64,000 nt of DNA from Octopus sinensis. Taxonomy: Eukaryota. Shown one piece after another: positions 1-13,331 of this stretch. Positions within the stretch are counted from its first letter, which is position 1; each line of letters starts with the position of its first letter. The stretch is taken from contig NC_043014.1 of NCBI RefSeq assembly GCF_006345805.1, forward strand, positions 36,766,001-36,830,000. Reading direction: 5' to 3'. The position numbers and the translations under genes were made by a program. Below the pieces are notes generated by a model, which did no database searches, was not told the DNA's origin, and saw only the letters and a program-made list of their open reading frames with translations.

Positions 1-385
1 CCATGTATGTATGTATGTATGTATATATGTATGTTTGTTTGTTTGTATGTATGTATGTATGTATGTATGTATGTATGTATGTATGTAGGTAGGTAGGTAG
101 GTAGGTGGTTGGTAGGTAGGTAGGTAGGTAGGTAGGTAGGTAGGTAGGTAGGTAGGTATGCATGTATGTACGTATGTATGCATGTATGTATGCATGTATG
201 TATGTATGTATGTATGTATGTGAATGTATGTATGTGTGTATATATGTATATATATGTGTGTGTGTATGCATGCATGTATGTATGTATGCATGTATGTATG
301 TATGTAGGTATGTATGTATGTATGTATGTATGTATGTATGTATGTATGTATTATGTATGTGAATGTATGTATGTGTGTACATATG
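1..385. repeat. (TATG)n/(TAGG)n microsatellite; many similar tracts occur throughout the window
   Basis: Direct inspection. Confidence 0.95.
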
Positions 386-868
386 TATCGGCGACTAAAC
401 CGGCAACCCTACCAAGCTTGCTTGGTGAGGAGGGTGTTTATTGGACACCCTGCGGGATGAAAAACAAAATTCGTCAAAGGGCGGGGGAACTCTTGAGAGT
501 CAACGGCCATCCAATAAATGTCTAAAGGCTGTATCATGCGCGGGGACATAGAAATAATCGGACTGAATACCCGATCGTGCAGTTAAACCATTGGGAATGA
601 AGGACTTCTAGCCTTTGTTAGGGCATCCTTCTAGGAGAAGGTAACTCAGGTAACTGGGATAACTCCGACATAAAACCTGCGGCTCAGTGGCTACCGATGA
701 TGTTGACTTGTTCTTCTTTTCGGATTATGGCTGCTTAGTGAGTGGGATTGACTCAGTGCACAGCCTTTCCTCACTTTAAAAAAATCTCTTGCACAGGCAT
801 TGCACGATAACAACATTGATTAAGCTTCGTGCCATGGCCGTACTCGATAACGAGGGGGCAGCCACCAT
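385..868 (+). mobile_element. Probable RTE-type LINE 5' UTR fragment
   Basis: ggcatccttctaggagaaggtaactc resembles RTE 5' ends (from memory). Confidence 0.35.
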
Positions 869-1020
869 GTATGTATGTATGTATGTATATATGTATGTTT
901 GTTTGTTTGTATGTATGTATGTATGTATGTATGTATGTATGTATGTATGTATGTATGTATGTTTGTTTGTATGTATGTATGTATGTATGTATGTATATAT
1001 GTATGTATGTATGTATGCAA

Positions 1021-1765
1021 ATTAAGACTATGATAAAGACAATAACCACTAGTTTTACAATACAGTACATAGTGATTAATTGTTTCTCATCCACGTTAAT
1101 CACTTTCAGCGAGTAAGACTGAATCATTTGTAAGTAATGTTTCTTGTCTACAGATAGATAGACGCTATTGATCCATATTGAATTAGTCATTCGTTTTGTT
1201 ATGCACCATTTCTCAAATTCATGAGAGTCAAAATAAAGAGAGATCGCTACATAACTCTGAAAATGACAAAGTAATCAATAAGGAAATTTAATAATAATAA
1301 AAACCGTTTCTCAATTGACATTTATTAGTGATTCCTGTAGTGTTTTCAAATGATTAATACCTATATGTAATGAATGTTATCACATAGACTCACCTTAAAG
1401 TTAACAAAGTGTCAGCTGTTGCAGCAAGCAAAATGAATATGCAATAAAAATGTCTGATGTTTTATTAATCACCTTTAACACAGAGTTCCTTTGTTGTGGA
1501 GGGTGAGATAATCAGGATTTGAAACTCTAGTACTGCAATATATAGTAAATATGTCTCGTCTAAAGTAAGTTTGTCAACTTCTTTTAATCTCCTACTGCAA
1601 CTACAGATATGTCGTAGACATGTCTAGTCAATACTCTATCAACATTGTACCACCTACTGAAGATTGTACCTACGCTTCATTCCATTGTACCTACGCTTCA
1701 TTCCATCTTCAATTTAAAGTATCTCAAAATGTACTCATTCTTTAATCCTGAAATTCGAAATTGCT
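1021..1765. repeat. Diverged duplicate of 20750-21030 + 22183-22620
   Basis: Collinear shared blocks such as tagtcaatactctatcaacattgtac and tttaatcctgaaattcgaaattg. Confidence 0.75.
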
Positions 1766-2030
1766 TGTTCATTTGCTGATAACAGGGAACCTATGAGGTG
1801 ATAAACTTGCCCTTGAACTTTGACCTCGACATAAATTCATGTTTATCTATCTTTTTTGATGCACCAAACGATGTCATTTGAAATACAGAATTGTATTGTC
1901 TGATATCGTCCAGAAAATCCTTTGACTGGATGGAAGTGCCTTCTAGAAGATTCATAAGCAGTTGAGAAGGAGCTGGTAGTGCTGGCAATGTTATCTGACC
2001 ACCTGAGCAGCATATTGCATTTGTTTCATT
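1765..2030 (-). mobile_element. Helitron Rep N-terminal fragment
   Basis: CCSGGQITLP...IRQYNSVFQMTSFGA, then QVQGQVYHLIGSL after a frameshift. Confidence 0.85.
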
Positions 2031-3229
2031 TGAAAATTTTAAAGCCCTACATTAACGACAATTTGTATTTACCACACCAATTTGGGCAGTTATCATTTTT
2101 ATAAGAATAGAATGGATCGTGTCTGAAAACAGCTTCAGGAGTTGTGAAGAATGAATTTGTACGTAGTCTGTTTCTGAGAGCTATTCTACTGGACCTCTGT
2201 CTAATCATTAAAACATTGATTTAATGATCCGGCATTAAGTGCTGCAACATGCATTTGCTGATATTGAGAAAATCTCATCTCTCTTCAGACTCTTCCCTTC
2301 GGTTTTCTACAATCCTCCTTGTTTTATACTTGTTTCTAGAGAGATTATTTCTTTTCTGTGTTTCTCCTGCTCATTCTGTAAAAGTTTATTTCGAGAGAGC
2401 AGAAATTGAAAGAAGAGAAAGCGAAAAGAACAGAGAAAGAAAGTGAAAGATGCATGTACGTCTATATGAAATGGACGTATGTGTGTGTGTATGCGTGCGT
2501 GCGCGTGTGTGTGAGAGAAAGAGAGTAAAACGAGAGATAGAGTGAGTGAGTGAAGGTGTGTGTCGTGATGATTGATGTCTTTTAAGGTACACATAGAAAA
2601 TGTGACGTCATCGTATAGCATGTTTACGATAGTTGATTTATGGAAAAGATTATAATGTTAAATTTTTGAAATGCAAATATGTGAATGGAGGTTAAGTTTA
2701 ATTTGTAGCTGAAATAGTACTGAATCTTTTGATGTTCCATACGTGAAAATCTGTAACTCGGTTTTGGAATGCATAAGGAATGTATATATATATAGGACAG
2801 ACTACTTTCAAACTGAAAGTATTATCTCACATTACAATAGAGACATAATATTGAAATAGAGTAAGATATTAAAGATTGCTCTGGACTCGCCATTAGGCAA
2901 GAAGCTGGAAATTTTTTTGGTTCACGACATTGCATGGATCTTGGCTTTTGTATTTGACGATTGTTACATTAAATATTTTATTTCGATTTTATGTATATAT
3001 GTATGAGCCAATGAGGGAGACCTCTACATAGTAGCTATACCTGTTCGAAATAGCAGCCAAATCTCCCTCAAAACACCCTACTGTCTTAATCCGACAATTC
3101 TACCTATTATGAAGTTTGAATGAGAAACTGTAACTAAAGATTAATATTATTAACCTCAAAATTTCCCGCATTATAATAGCAATTAATTTTTTTCTCTTTT
3201 TGCGTAGTTTTCATATCAGCTGTAAAGGT

Positions 3230-3692
3230 GAAGAGGGTTAACTTGGACGGTGTTAAGCAGTGGAGATGTTTGGTGATTCAATGGGGTGGTTACTTTTGAC
3301 AGTTTCTTCTCAATAAGGATAATTGATTGATAACGAATCTCAACACAATATATATACTACCACTTCAAGTGGAATTGGATGTCATTAGAGAGACAGCATA
3401 GCGACGGTTTTGGCTGAATGTCATCCTGTACTCCCCTTGCTGTTAGCAAAATGGTATGTGCCGGCTGTCTCAGCAACTGGTTGATCTTAATGGCGGAACA
3501 AACAGGACAAAAAGATTACAAAAATGGCGATTCTCACCTTGAAACTATTTTGAAAATCTTTTTAGAATACGGAACGCCCCGCTCTCTCATGTATCCATTT
3601 TTAAAGTTTCAGCGCGATCGGATGAACAATACTGGAGTTATGAGCACACAATCAGACAGACAGACAGAAAGAACGGATTTTATATATTAAGA
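3230..3692 (-). mobile_element. Helitron-like 5' end fragment
   Basis: Minus strand A|TCTTAATATATAAAA followed by (ctgt)n; left boundary uncertain. Confidence 0.5.
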
Positions 3693-4019
3693 TTAACACA
3701 GAGATACATGGAAATTGCGCAACTATAACACTGTAGAATTATAAATATAACTCGTAAAGAACAAAAGAATGTTAAAATAAATTGCCTAAAACATGAATAG
3801 AAAGAAAACACTATTTTCTATCTCCAAAGTAGCCAAGAATAAGAAAATGCATAACAGTGGCTCAGTATATTGGTGAGAGAAAATTTAAATATAGTCGCTA
3901 GTAAACACAGATTTAACAAAGACTGAATACAAGAGACGCGGCAAACTTGGAAATTACGTTTACTGGAAGTTATGTTAACTTCATATAATCCTTTCTATAT
4001 TGGGCACGACACCTGAAAT

Positions 4020-4410
4020 GTTGGTGTGGTGGGGGCTAGTCGATTACATATTAAATGGTACTTATTTCATCGGCCCCGAAAGGATAATAGGTAAAGTCGA
4101 CCTAGGTGGAATTTTAACTCAGAACGTAAAAGGACAAAACACTGCAAAGCGTTTCTTGACGGCGTGCTAACGATTCTGCCAGCTCGCTGTCTTAGTGATT
4201 TTATATGTTCCTTACTACTAAAGGTGGGAAATTTAGCGGACAAGTCGATTACATCAACTGCAGAGTTTCACTGGTACTTAATTTATCGACCCCGAAAAGA
4301 TAAAAGACAAAATCGACCTCTGCGGCATTTGAACTCAGAACGTAGCGACGTGCGACATACAGCAAAGCAATTTCGTGCAGCTTGCTAACAATTCTGTTAG
4401 CTCACTGCAT
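4020..4410 (-). mobile_element. Two degenerate partial copies of the same SINE
   Basis: gtcgacct...gaactcagaacgta motifs occur twice. Confidence 0.7.
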
Positions 4411-5099
4411 TAATGCCTTTATATAATACAAACAAAAATTAGGTAGTGTAAACTATATCAGAAAAAGTCTTTTGCGAGTAACAAAAGCAACAGTCTGGGA
4501 TGTGTCAGTTCACATAACCCTGGAGATCAACGTTAATGGACACTGATACATTCAAAGGCTGCCAGGAAAGAAACTGCTTTTTGATATAAGATACCAGCCT
4601 CACCAATAGATAATTCATTTCTAAACGAAATGGAGAAGTGTTCTAAATATACAGGCGCAGGAGTGGCTGTGTGGTAAGTAGCTTGCTTACCAGCCACATG
4701 GTTCCGGGTTCAGTCCCACTGCGTGGCACCTTGGGCAAGTGTCTTCTACTATAGCCTCGGGCCGACCAAAATTTACAGAAAACTCACATTCTGGTGTGTA
4801 TGTCAAATGCTTTTCTTAACGTGTTTTACACCACACGCACACGCACACACACAGTGTGCAAGGAATAAAATGAAAGTAATTCACCTTTTGTAGTGAGTGA
4901 CTCTTTCAGTCTGCCACTTCCTCTTTACACACATAGACACGCAAATATATAAATAAAATTGTAAGCTAACGTGCGTGTGTGTGAGTGTGTGTGTGCGTGT
5001 GTGTGTGTGAGGGTGCGTGTGTGTGTGTGTGTGTGTGTGCGTGCGTGTGCGTGAGTGTGTGACAGGAAAGTATTTTAGGACGAATATAAGACCTATATC

Positions 5100-5550
5100 G
5101 GCGATGTTTCGCTTGTCGTAGCACAGGTTTCCGTCGATTTCCGTAAAAAAATTATTTTTTTACATAAGTAATGAGAGCGAAAGAGACTAAGAGAAAGCGA
5201 TTGTATGACGAGGGAAGTTCTTTTGAAGTTACCGTGCATGGGACGCATTGATGTAACATGTGTGTGTATGTGTGTTTGATGGAGTGTGGGAGACAGACAG
5301 TATGTGTGTAAGTGAAGTGCTTCTGTTAGTGTGTGTGAAGAGACAGAGAGAGTAATGTGTGAAGAGAGAGATAACTGAAATTTTTTACTCGGTTTATGTG
5401 TATATGTATGTATGCATGTATGTGTGTGTGTGTTGTGTGTGTATGTATGTGTGTGTGTATGTATGTATGTATGTATGGCCGATTCAGTGTTTACATTTTT
5501 TACGGAAATCGACGGAAACGTGTGCTACGACAAGCGAAACATCGCCCCTA
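5100..5550. mobile_element. MITE-like element with ~50-bp inverted repeats
   Basis: ggcgatgtttcgcttgtcgtagcac...ccgtaaaaaa and its reverse complement at 5495-5550. Confidence 0.6.
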
Positions 5551-5868
5551 TATCCAAGTAGCAGAAAGATCGCCCGAAAGTGTATATAGATATATAAATG
5601 TATTTATATATTCATCTATGCACACATGTATGTATAACGTGTGTGTATATATTTCCATAGAGGTAACCATTCACTCCACACAATGTTTTTTAGCACGAAA
5701 ATAAGATCTAAAGTTATCTCTAAGAAACAGAAAGATCGCCCAAAAGTGTATATAGATATTTAAATGTATTTATATATTCATCTATACACACATGCATGTA
5801 TAATGTGCGTGTATATATTTCCATAGAGGTAACCATTCAATCCATACAAAGTTTTTTAGGACGAAATA

Positions 5869-6709
5869 TTTATATATAAAAGAAAGGTTGTGTGTCTGTC
5901 TACTCCGATTTAGATTCCTAACTACTCCCACATTTGCGATGCAGTTTAACCAAAACCGGGTATCTTATAGTTGTGATTCATATCGAGCCCTTCTGGGTAT
6001 TAGCGCGCGTCTACGATGAGTCTATGATTTTACAAATAATTTACCATCATTTTTTTCCATTTTAATGCATATTTTTTAAAATAAACGGAAGTAACTCTCA
6101 AACTTCACACCAATATGCGTGCTCATATGCGACGTAATATCACATCAGCAGCATTTCCTCACACCCTCCTTGCACTTGGTGAAGGCAAAATACCAGGGGA
6201 TGAAATGGTAATATTGCCATCGATTCCATTTGTACCATTGTTAAGACGCCTTCTGATCTCAGAGATGCAGTGTTCCCAGATCTACAAGCTAATTATCAGA
6301 ATATGGATTGGATTGGCAAAAGGCTATACTGGCTCCGAGGAATAAAACTGTTCACCATATTAATGATGAAATGCTAAAACTCATTCCTGGGAAAGTCTAT
6401 GTATATCAGTCTATCGATACAACTCCTGACCCAGAGGACGTCATCAACTATCCAATAGAGGTACTCAATTCCTTGAGCACCCCGGACTACCACCACACTT
6501 TCTCAAACTTAAAGTTGGTGCCCCTATAATGCTCATCAGAAATTTGGTTCCCCCAAAACAATGCAATGGCACACGTTTGATCGTTAAGTCCTTATCTCCC
6601 ACCGTAAGCTTATATCAATATTTGCCTGAATAATCATCATAATTCAGTGCAATCATTAACAGTACTTTCAAGCAATTCAGCCCCGAGCAACGCCGGGCAA
6701 TTCTGCTAG
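5869..6709 (+). mobile_element. Chimeric Helitron: non-autonomous 5' end fused to a PIF1-coding 3' end
   Basis: 5890-6075 matches the element at 31862; 6095-6709 matches 58940-59552; CTAG|T end. Confidence 0.85.
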
Positions 6710-9099
6710 TATACATAATATATATGTGTGTGTGTGTGTGTGGTGGTGTGTGGTGTGTGTGTGTGTGTGTGTGTGTGGTGTTGTGGGTGTGTGTGTGTGT
6801 GTGTGTGGTGTGTATGTATATGTGTGTGTGTATTTGTGTGTCTGTGTTTGTCCGACCAACATCGCTTGACAACTGATACTGGTGTGTTTACGTCCCCGTA
6901 ACTTAGCGGTTCGGTAAAAGTGACCGATAGAATAAGTACTAGGCTTACAAAGAATAAGTCCTGGGGTCGATTGATCGACTAAAGGCGGTGCTCCAACATG
7001 GCCGCACTCAAATGACTGAAACACGTAAAAGAGTAAAGAGTAAAGAGTAAATGAAATAAGCGACACTTAGAATGTGAGAGATGAAAACAGAAATAATCGC
7101 TATAATAAAATTCTTAGGAGGGATTTAAAAAGAAATATCAGAAACCTAAGTTAATCAATATACAGAAAATACTCAGGGACGCTTACTTGCAGAAAACTTA
7201 GTAGTGATGTAGTTCATAGTAAACTTCTTATGGCAATTCAAGATATTATAATTAAAATTTAAACCCTTTCTTGTCATAATAAATAATTCTATAAATAATT
7301 AATTTCAGTCACTGCTAAATAAAGATAAAAAAGCGGCGACAACCCAATATTTTGATTAAAATCAATTCTATATATAGACTGTACTAAAGCAGGGGTTCAG
7401 TCTTTATTTGTACTGGAAAAACAGAAAAACTACTTCGGTTTTATTACACATCGTCTGCGAATCTTAGGATAATAGTAACTGATAGTCGTGGAATGACGAG
7501 AAGATATATAGCTACACGAATTTCGTTGTTTATGCAATAAATTGTTCTTGTTACAAATTTAATTTTGACTAATTAATTTTTTTTTTCTGTTTTTTGTTGG
7601 GTTTTTTTTTGTTTGTTTGTTTTTTGTCTTTCTACATCACTTATCCCAGTGTCTGTTCCAGTCTACAGGAAAAAGAACACCTAGGTACTTTACACAGTAC
7701 ATAGATTATTTCCATTGTAATATGATACGGAAAACCAAAGGATTTTGGCATGTGGAAAATATGGCACAAACCAAAGTCCACAAATTTGGTCTCAACAGTG
7801 CTGTAGAAATACGCAATAGAAATTAAAATCCTGAAAATTAATAGTAATTAGGTAAGCCAAATAACACTAACCTTTAATCATCTTCCTTGTTTATAAGCTT
7901 TATATGAACAAACTTTTACTGCTTCGCAAGTGGGGTTTGCTTTCCAACACGTATTGTACATGCACTAATCTAACTTCGTTTTGTTGGAGTTTGAAGTCAA
8001 AATAATTATACACCACATGTCACCCCAACTTCAATACCGTCAGCTGGTGTCATTTATAGAATCTAAATAAAAAAAGCAAAGAGAAACATATAAATCAGAG
8101 AAATATATAATCGCAGTTGTATTTCAAAGGCGAAGAAAACGATAATAGTATGGAGAGCAATGGCATTGAAAAGGTGAATGAGTGAATGACAATCGTAGTC
8201 TCTCGTACTCCGGGAAAGAAGGTTCTGCAGTTTGTTGCTGGAAAAACCTGCACAAAGAATTTGTTTATAATGATCAAACGTATGTAATGTACTTTTATAC
8301 CCTTAAAACGTTCGGATATCTAATTCAACGAAGTGGACATAATATCAATGTCTTCACAAGACGTAATTTTTATTTCTCTGTTTACAAAACGCAAGTTTTC
8401 AAAAACGCCCTTTGGCGTAATTAACGATATAACAATCCGATTAGTCAACACAGATGAGTGTTAATGTCAATCACATTTCTTCTTTTGAGATTGACTTCTG
8501 TTGGAAGTGAATATTTTATTCTCCACCACATCACTCTTTTTGAGATTTACTTCCATTTGAAACTCAATATTTTTTTTTCGATTTGGAACCATTTCGTATG
8601 CTTTCTTTTTCTTGTACTGTTATGTCTTAATTCGACGATTTCTTGTGGAGTTGGCACATTAAAAATATCGTAGAGGACTTCCATGGGTACTTTCCTCGAA
8701 ACACTTTCTTCCGCAAACCTTTTCAACTGATTTTAAGTGTCTTTTATTCTCCCATTTCGAATATTTCACCACGTGTGTCATTTTACCGACCTGTTTTCTT
8801 ATTTTGCCGCTTTCCCAACCTTCTTTTCCATTTCTGTACATTCTTTAAACACCTTATCACCAGGTTTAAAATACTTGGTCGTATCTTGAGTGTTTTCCCT
8901 AGTTTTTAGTTTTCTTCCAGGTAATAACTTGTCAAAAGCCGTGAATTGTGTACCGTTATCGGAGATTATGCTATGCGGCTATCCGGGACACTACACCAAA
9001 CAAAAGGTTCGTGTTGAAATTCGACTGCTACCGTGGAAGTCGGATTGTCACATTTACACATTTCTGGCCATTTTTTTAATTAGCTATCTACCACTATTA

Positions 9100-9463
9100 G
9101 GTAATATGATCAGTTTAACGGTCCTGCGAAGTCTGTGTGTAGCCTGGTCCATGGTATATCGGCCTTGGGTCAAGGTTGAAATTTATTAGGTAGTGATTTC
9201 GCTGCAAGAGCACAACTTCTGAAGGATGTTACCAACTTCTCAATACATTATCGATACATTATCGCCCAGTAAGTATAACTCCTCATAAGCGACTTCGTAC
9301 TAGAAATTCCTGGATGTACAGTGTGGAATTTCTTTAACATTCGATTTTTTAGCGAGGCAGGCGTTCCAACCCTCTGTGCGTACATAAGCATATTATCACA
9401 AATCGAATACAAATTCGAAGCGGTGTTTCGTCCGGCCACATTATTATACACACACACGCACAC

Positions 9464-9534
<71 letters not shown>

Positions 9535-9720
9535 CATAACTAACATGTAACTGGAGAACCGTTGGCTCTTCTGAGTCCATCCGCCCTTTCACAGATCTGA
9601 TATTCATCCCACCAGGTGTTCAAAATCACCACGCAAGCTGTGGTGTTATCGGTGTATTGGCCTACGTTTTGACCATTCAGCATGTTGTACTGGGATGCGT
9701 TAGAAGTAGCACTCAAGAGC
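9100..9720 (-). mobile_element. Gypsy RNase H-end/integrase relic, related to 52700-53565
   Basis: ADGL, HPGISSTKSLMRSYTYW and CALAAKS motifs; interrupted by (CA)n. Confidence 0.7.
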
Positions 9721-10064
9721 TACCCTGGTGTGTGTGTGTGTGGTGTGTGGTGTGTGTGTGTGTGTGTGTGTGTGCGTGTGCGTGCGCGTGTGTGTGTGTG
9801 TGTGCAGGTGAGTATTATCTAGAAATCCGAGTGTAGCAAGTTAATTAGCTTCAACCAATAATAAAATAATAGTAAATTTTTAAAATAATTATTCTCGGCT
9901 GCAATATTTTAAGTACAGTAGAATTTAAATTTTAAGTACTTTTTAGTTTCCTTTACAAGTGACAAATTAGGTAAATTCTACTGTAGAAATCTTGTTTTGT
10001 ACTTTTCCAGATGTAATAACTTGAGAATATTAACATGCATACGCCCGCATTTTCCATTGTAATA

Positions 10065-10506
10065 TAGAAATACCAGCGATAATAATTAATTTATTTTATC
10101 GCAATTTGATTTGTTTACATATTTCTCGATAAATTTTGGAGCGTTAGACAATATACCAGAAATCCCTAGTTTTGTCGGGACGTTCTGAGTCTGCGCAGTG
10201 ATCTGATTAGTTAGAGAGAGCAAATCATTAGAAGCACATGCTTCTAGTGAGTTAGGATCTCAGAACAACAGGGCTCTTACCGATGAATTCTCCCTGAGCA
10301 AATAAATTATCTTTATTGATGAAAAGAACGAAACTGCAGTCTAAGAGTAACCGAGTTAGTAAATGTTTTTATCTTCATTTCACTAAATTTATCTAGCTTC
10401 TGTGTTTCAGGCACATATTTCGCCTTAATGTACTGATATATGAAAAATATATGGCTTGTGCTAGAAATACCAGCGATAATAATTAATTTATTTTATCGCA
10501 ATTTGA
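10065..10506 (+). mobile_element. Second retrozyme-like unit (397-bp period) with a variant hammerhead at 10274-10347
   Basis: 45-bp direct repeats at 10065-10109 and 10462-10506. ctctta CCGATGA [long stem II] GAAA ctgcag TC taagag. Confidence 0.6.
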
Positions 10507-10565
<59 letters not shown>

Positions 10566-10567
<2 letters not shown>

Positions 10568-11855
10568 CGAGGGACGTTCAATAAGTAATGCCTCTGACCA
10601 ACTTGCAGTTGTTTGATCTAGCTGAAATTTTTCATGTGCAATTATTTATATCTCTATAGATTAAGTGGCAAATTACAGCTCTGAACTAATTGTGGTTTCT
10701 GATGTACAGGTGTTTGAACTGAGTCAAGTGTGAAATGGAGCCTGTTGAGTGTCGAGCAGTGATCCGGTTTTTGTATTTGAAAGGAGGCACACCACGGGAG
10801 ACTTTTGATGAAATGAAAGTAACTTATGGTGATGATGCCCCATCATATGACCTTGTAAAACGCTGGCATCGTGAATTCAAACATGGTCGGAACTCTGTGG
10901 AAACAGCTCCCAGATCTGGTCACCCCCACCTTCTGCCATTCATGAGGCATTTGTCCGTCAAGTTGAGGCTGCCATTTCGACGCATAACTATTCGCCAAAT
11001 AACCCATTAGGTCAAGATTAGTACCGGGTCTGTGGAAACTATCATTCATGACCATTTGCATATGCAAAAGGTGTCTGCCAGATGGATTCCCAGGTTGCTC
11101 ACACCTTTCCAGAAGCAACAACGCGTCGAGTGCTCGAGGGTGAATTTGGAGATGTGCCAAGAAGATGAGTCAAAATTTCTCAAAAGACTGATTACACAGG
11201 ATGAAACCTGGGTCCATCACTATGATCCATAGACCAAAGCCCAGTCAATGCAGTGGAAGCACCGTGACTCACCTCCTCCAAAGAAGGCAAGGGTTCAGCC
11301 CTTCGCTGGCAAGGTCATGCTCACAGTCTTCTGGGACCAGGACGGAGTAGTGATGACAGATTTCCTGGCAATGGGTACCACAATTACAGGAGCCTATCAT
11401 GCTTCACTTTTGAGGAAATTAAGAGAAGCTATCAAAATCAAGAGGCGGGGCTAGATCAGCAAAGACATCCTCCTCCTGCAGTACAACACTCCAGTTCACA
11501 ACTCGCGTGTCGCCAGATCAGAAGCACAGGCGTGCGGCTATGAACTCCTCCCCCATCCCTCTACTCTCCTGACCTTGCACCCTCTGATTTTCACCTCTTC
11601 CCATCCATGAAGTTGTTTTTGAAAGGAAAGCGTTTCCCAGATGATGCAGCCTTGATTTCTGAAGTCACGTCGTGGTTGGAGGACCAAGCTGGGGTCTTCT
11701 ACAAAAACGGTCTCCAGAGCTGCATCAAACGAGGGGAGAAATGCGTAACTCTGGGTGGTTCCTATGTAGAAAAAGACTAATAACTGTGCCAAGTTTCGTT
11801 GCTCTACTACTGTGGGAAGTGGGTCAGGGGCATTACTTATTGAACGCCCCTCGTA
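10566..11855 (+). mobile_element. Full-length (1290 bp) degenerate mariner
   Basis: TIRs TACGAGGG(A/G)CGTTCAATAAGTAATGCC, TA target duplication, ITQDETWVHHY and YSPDLAPSDF motifs, with stops and frameshifts. Confidence 0.95.
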
Positions 11856-11924
11856 TATGTATATATATATATATATATATAGATAAGAAAGTTTGTTTGT
11901 GAAAGCACGTGGGTGAATATATAA

Positions 11925-13124
11925 GAAAATAGTAAAGAGTGAAAAAACGACAGAAGGCTTAAATGTTAAAGAATATATATATTTGCGTCAATATGTCTGG
12001 AGAATATTGGAAAAATTTTTTCCCTTCTTATAATGACATAATTTTATAATTTTTAAAGAAAGACCGGTTTCGCATTTAGCTCTTCAAATTTCTTGCGACG
12101 TAATGTTTATCTTTAATAGCGTTATCCTTGTTTTTTTGCTACGGAGAGTTCTAAATAAGGGAAGGTAGTGCGTGATTTCTTCCGAAAATACTACCTTACA
12201 TATCTACATACAACCCCAGAAACAAAGAAGCTTTCACCATCATCACCCAGAATTTACCAATACTTCATAAAAACCCCAAATTAAAGGAAATTCTAAACAT
12301 ACACCAAATCATTAAAAGCTACAAACAGCCTAAATCACTTAAAAAGATTCTCACAAAGGCAAAATTATCTTCTGAAATTACGGATGCAAAAGTAAAAAAA
12401 TGTGGTAGATCGAACTGTGCAACATGTCCTAACCTACTAGAAGGATCAGAATTCTTCTTTAAAGAGGGACAGAAATTCAAGATCAAATCTAACTTTACTT
12501 GTGCCTCTGAAAACATAATTTATGTCATAAAATGCTCGGGCTACCACCAAGACTACGTGGGGTCCACGGGACTATCACTCAGACGTAGATGCACACTGCA
12601 TCGACAACAGATTGCATTCCCAGAATATAGAATGATACCTTTTAGTGAGCACATTGAGAAATGCGCAAAGCAACACAACCACAATTTTAATCTTTCCATT
12701 TTACCAATGTGCTTTCGGATCATCAACATAAATTAGACTAAACAAGGAAACATTCTTCATTGAAAAGTACAAACCCAGACTCAACTATCCAAACATAATA
12801 ATACAGAGAAATTCACACTAAGAGAAAAAGGAAAAAAAAATTTTTTAAGCGATTATCTCCCTTACACCGGAAGAAATCACGCACTACCTTCCCTTATTTA
12901 GAACTCTCCGTAGCAAAAAAACAAGGATAACGCTATTAAAGATAAACATTACGTCGCAAGAAATTTGAAGAGCTAAATGCGAAACCGGTCTTTCTTTAAA
13001 AATTATAAAATTATGTCATTATAAGAAGGGAAAAAAATTTTTCCAATATTCTCCAGACATATTGACGCAAATATATATATTCTTTAACATTTAAGCCTTC
13101 TGTCGTTTTTTCACTCTTTACTAT

Positions 13125-13125
<1 letters not shown>
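11925..13125 (+). mobile_element. 5'-truncated Penelope-like element (GIY-YIG end) with an inverted pLTR
   Basis: CGRSNCATC...NIIYVIKCSGYHQDYVGSTG...H motifs at ~12190-12790. A ~260-bp inverted repeat (11925-12184 / 12868-13125) holds a degenerate hammerhead at 12958-12996 (TTGAAGA gc-taaat-gc GAAA ccgg TC). Confidence 0.8.
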
Positions 13126-13196
<71 letters not shown>

Positions 13197-13288
13197 AAAT
13201 TTATTAGAGACAAAACCACTATTTTGCAAAACAAACAAGGAAAGACTTAATCAATACATAAAATTTTAATAAATAGTAAAAAAAAACG

Positions 13289-13331
13289 CCACTACAATTG
13301 TTTCTTGTCTTGATCGACAATCTTCAGGTGG
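13289..13331 (-). ncRNA. Minimal type I hammerhead in the PLE pLTR
   Basis: ccac CTGAAGA ttgtc gatcaa gacaa GAAA caattg TA gtgg; palindromic stem III, GUA site. Confidence 0.85.

Noticed and set aside
162-1190. ORFs rich in MYVC/HTYI, and similar ones throughout the window
   Set aside because: Translations of (TATG)n, (CA)n and (TA)n microsatellites.
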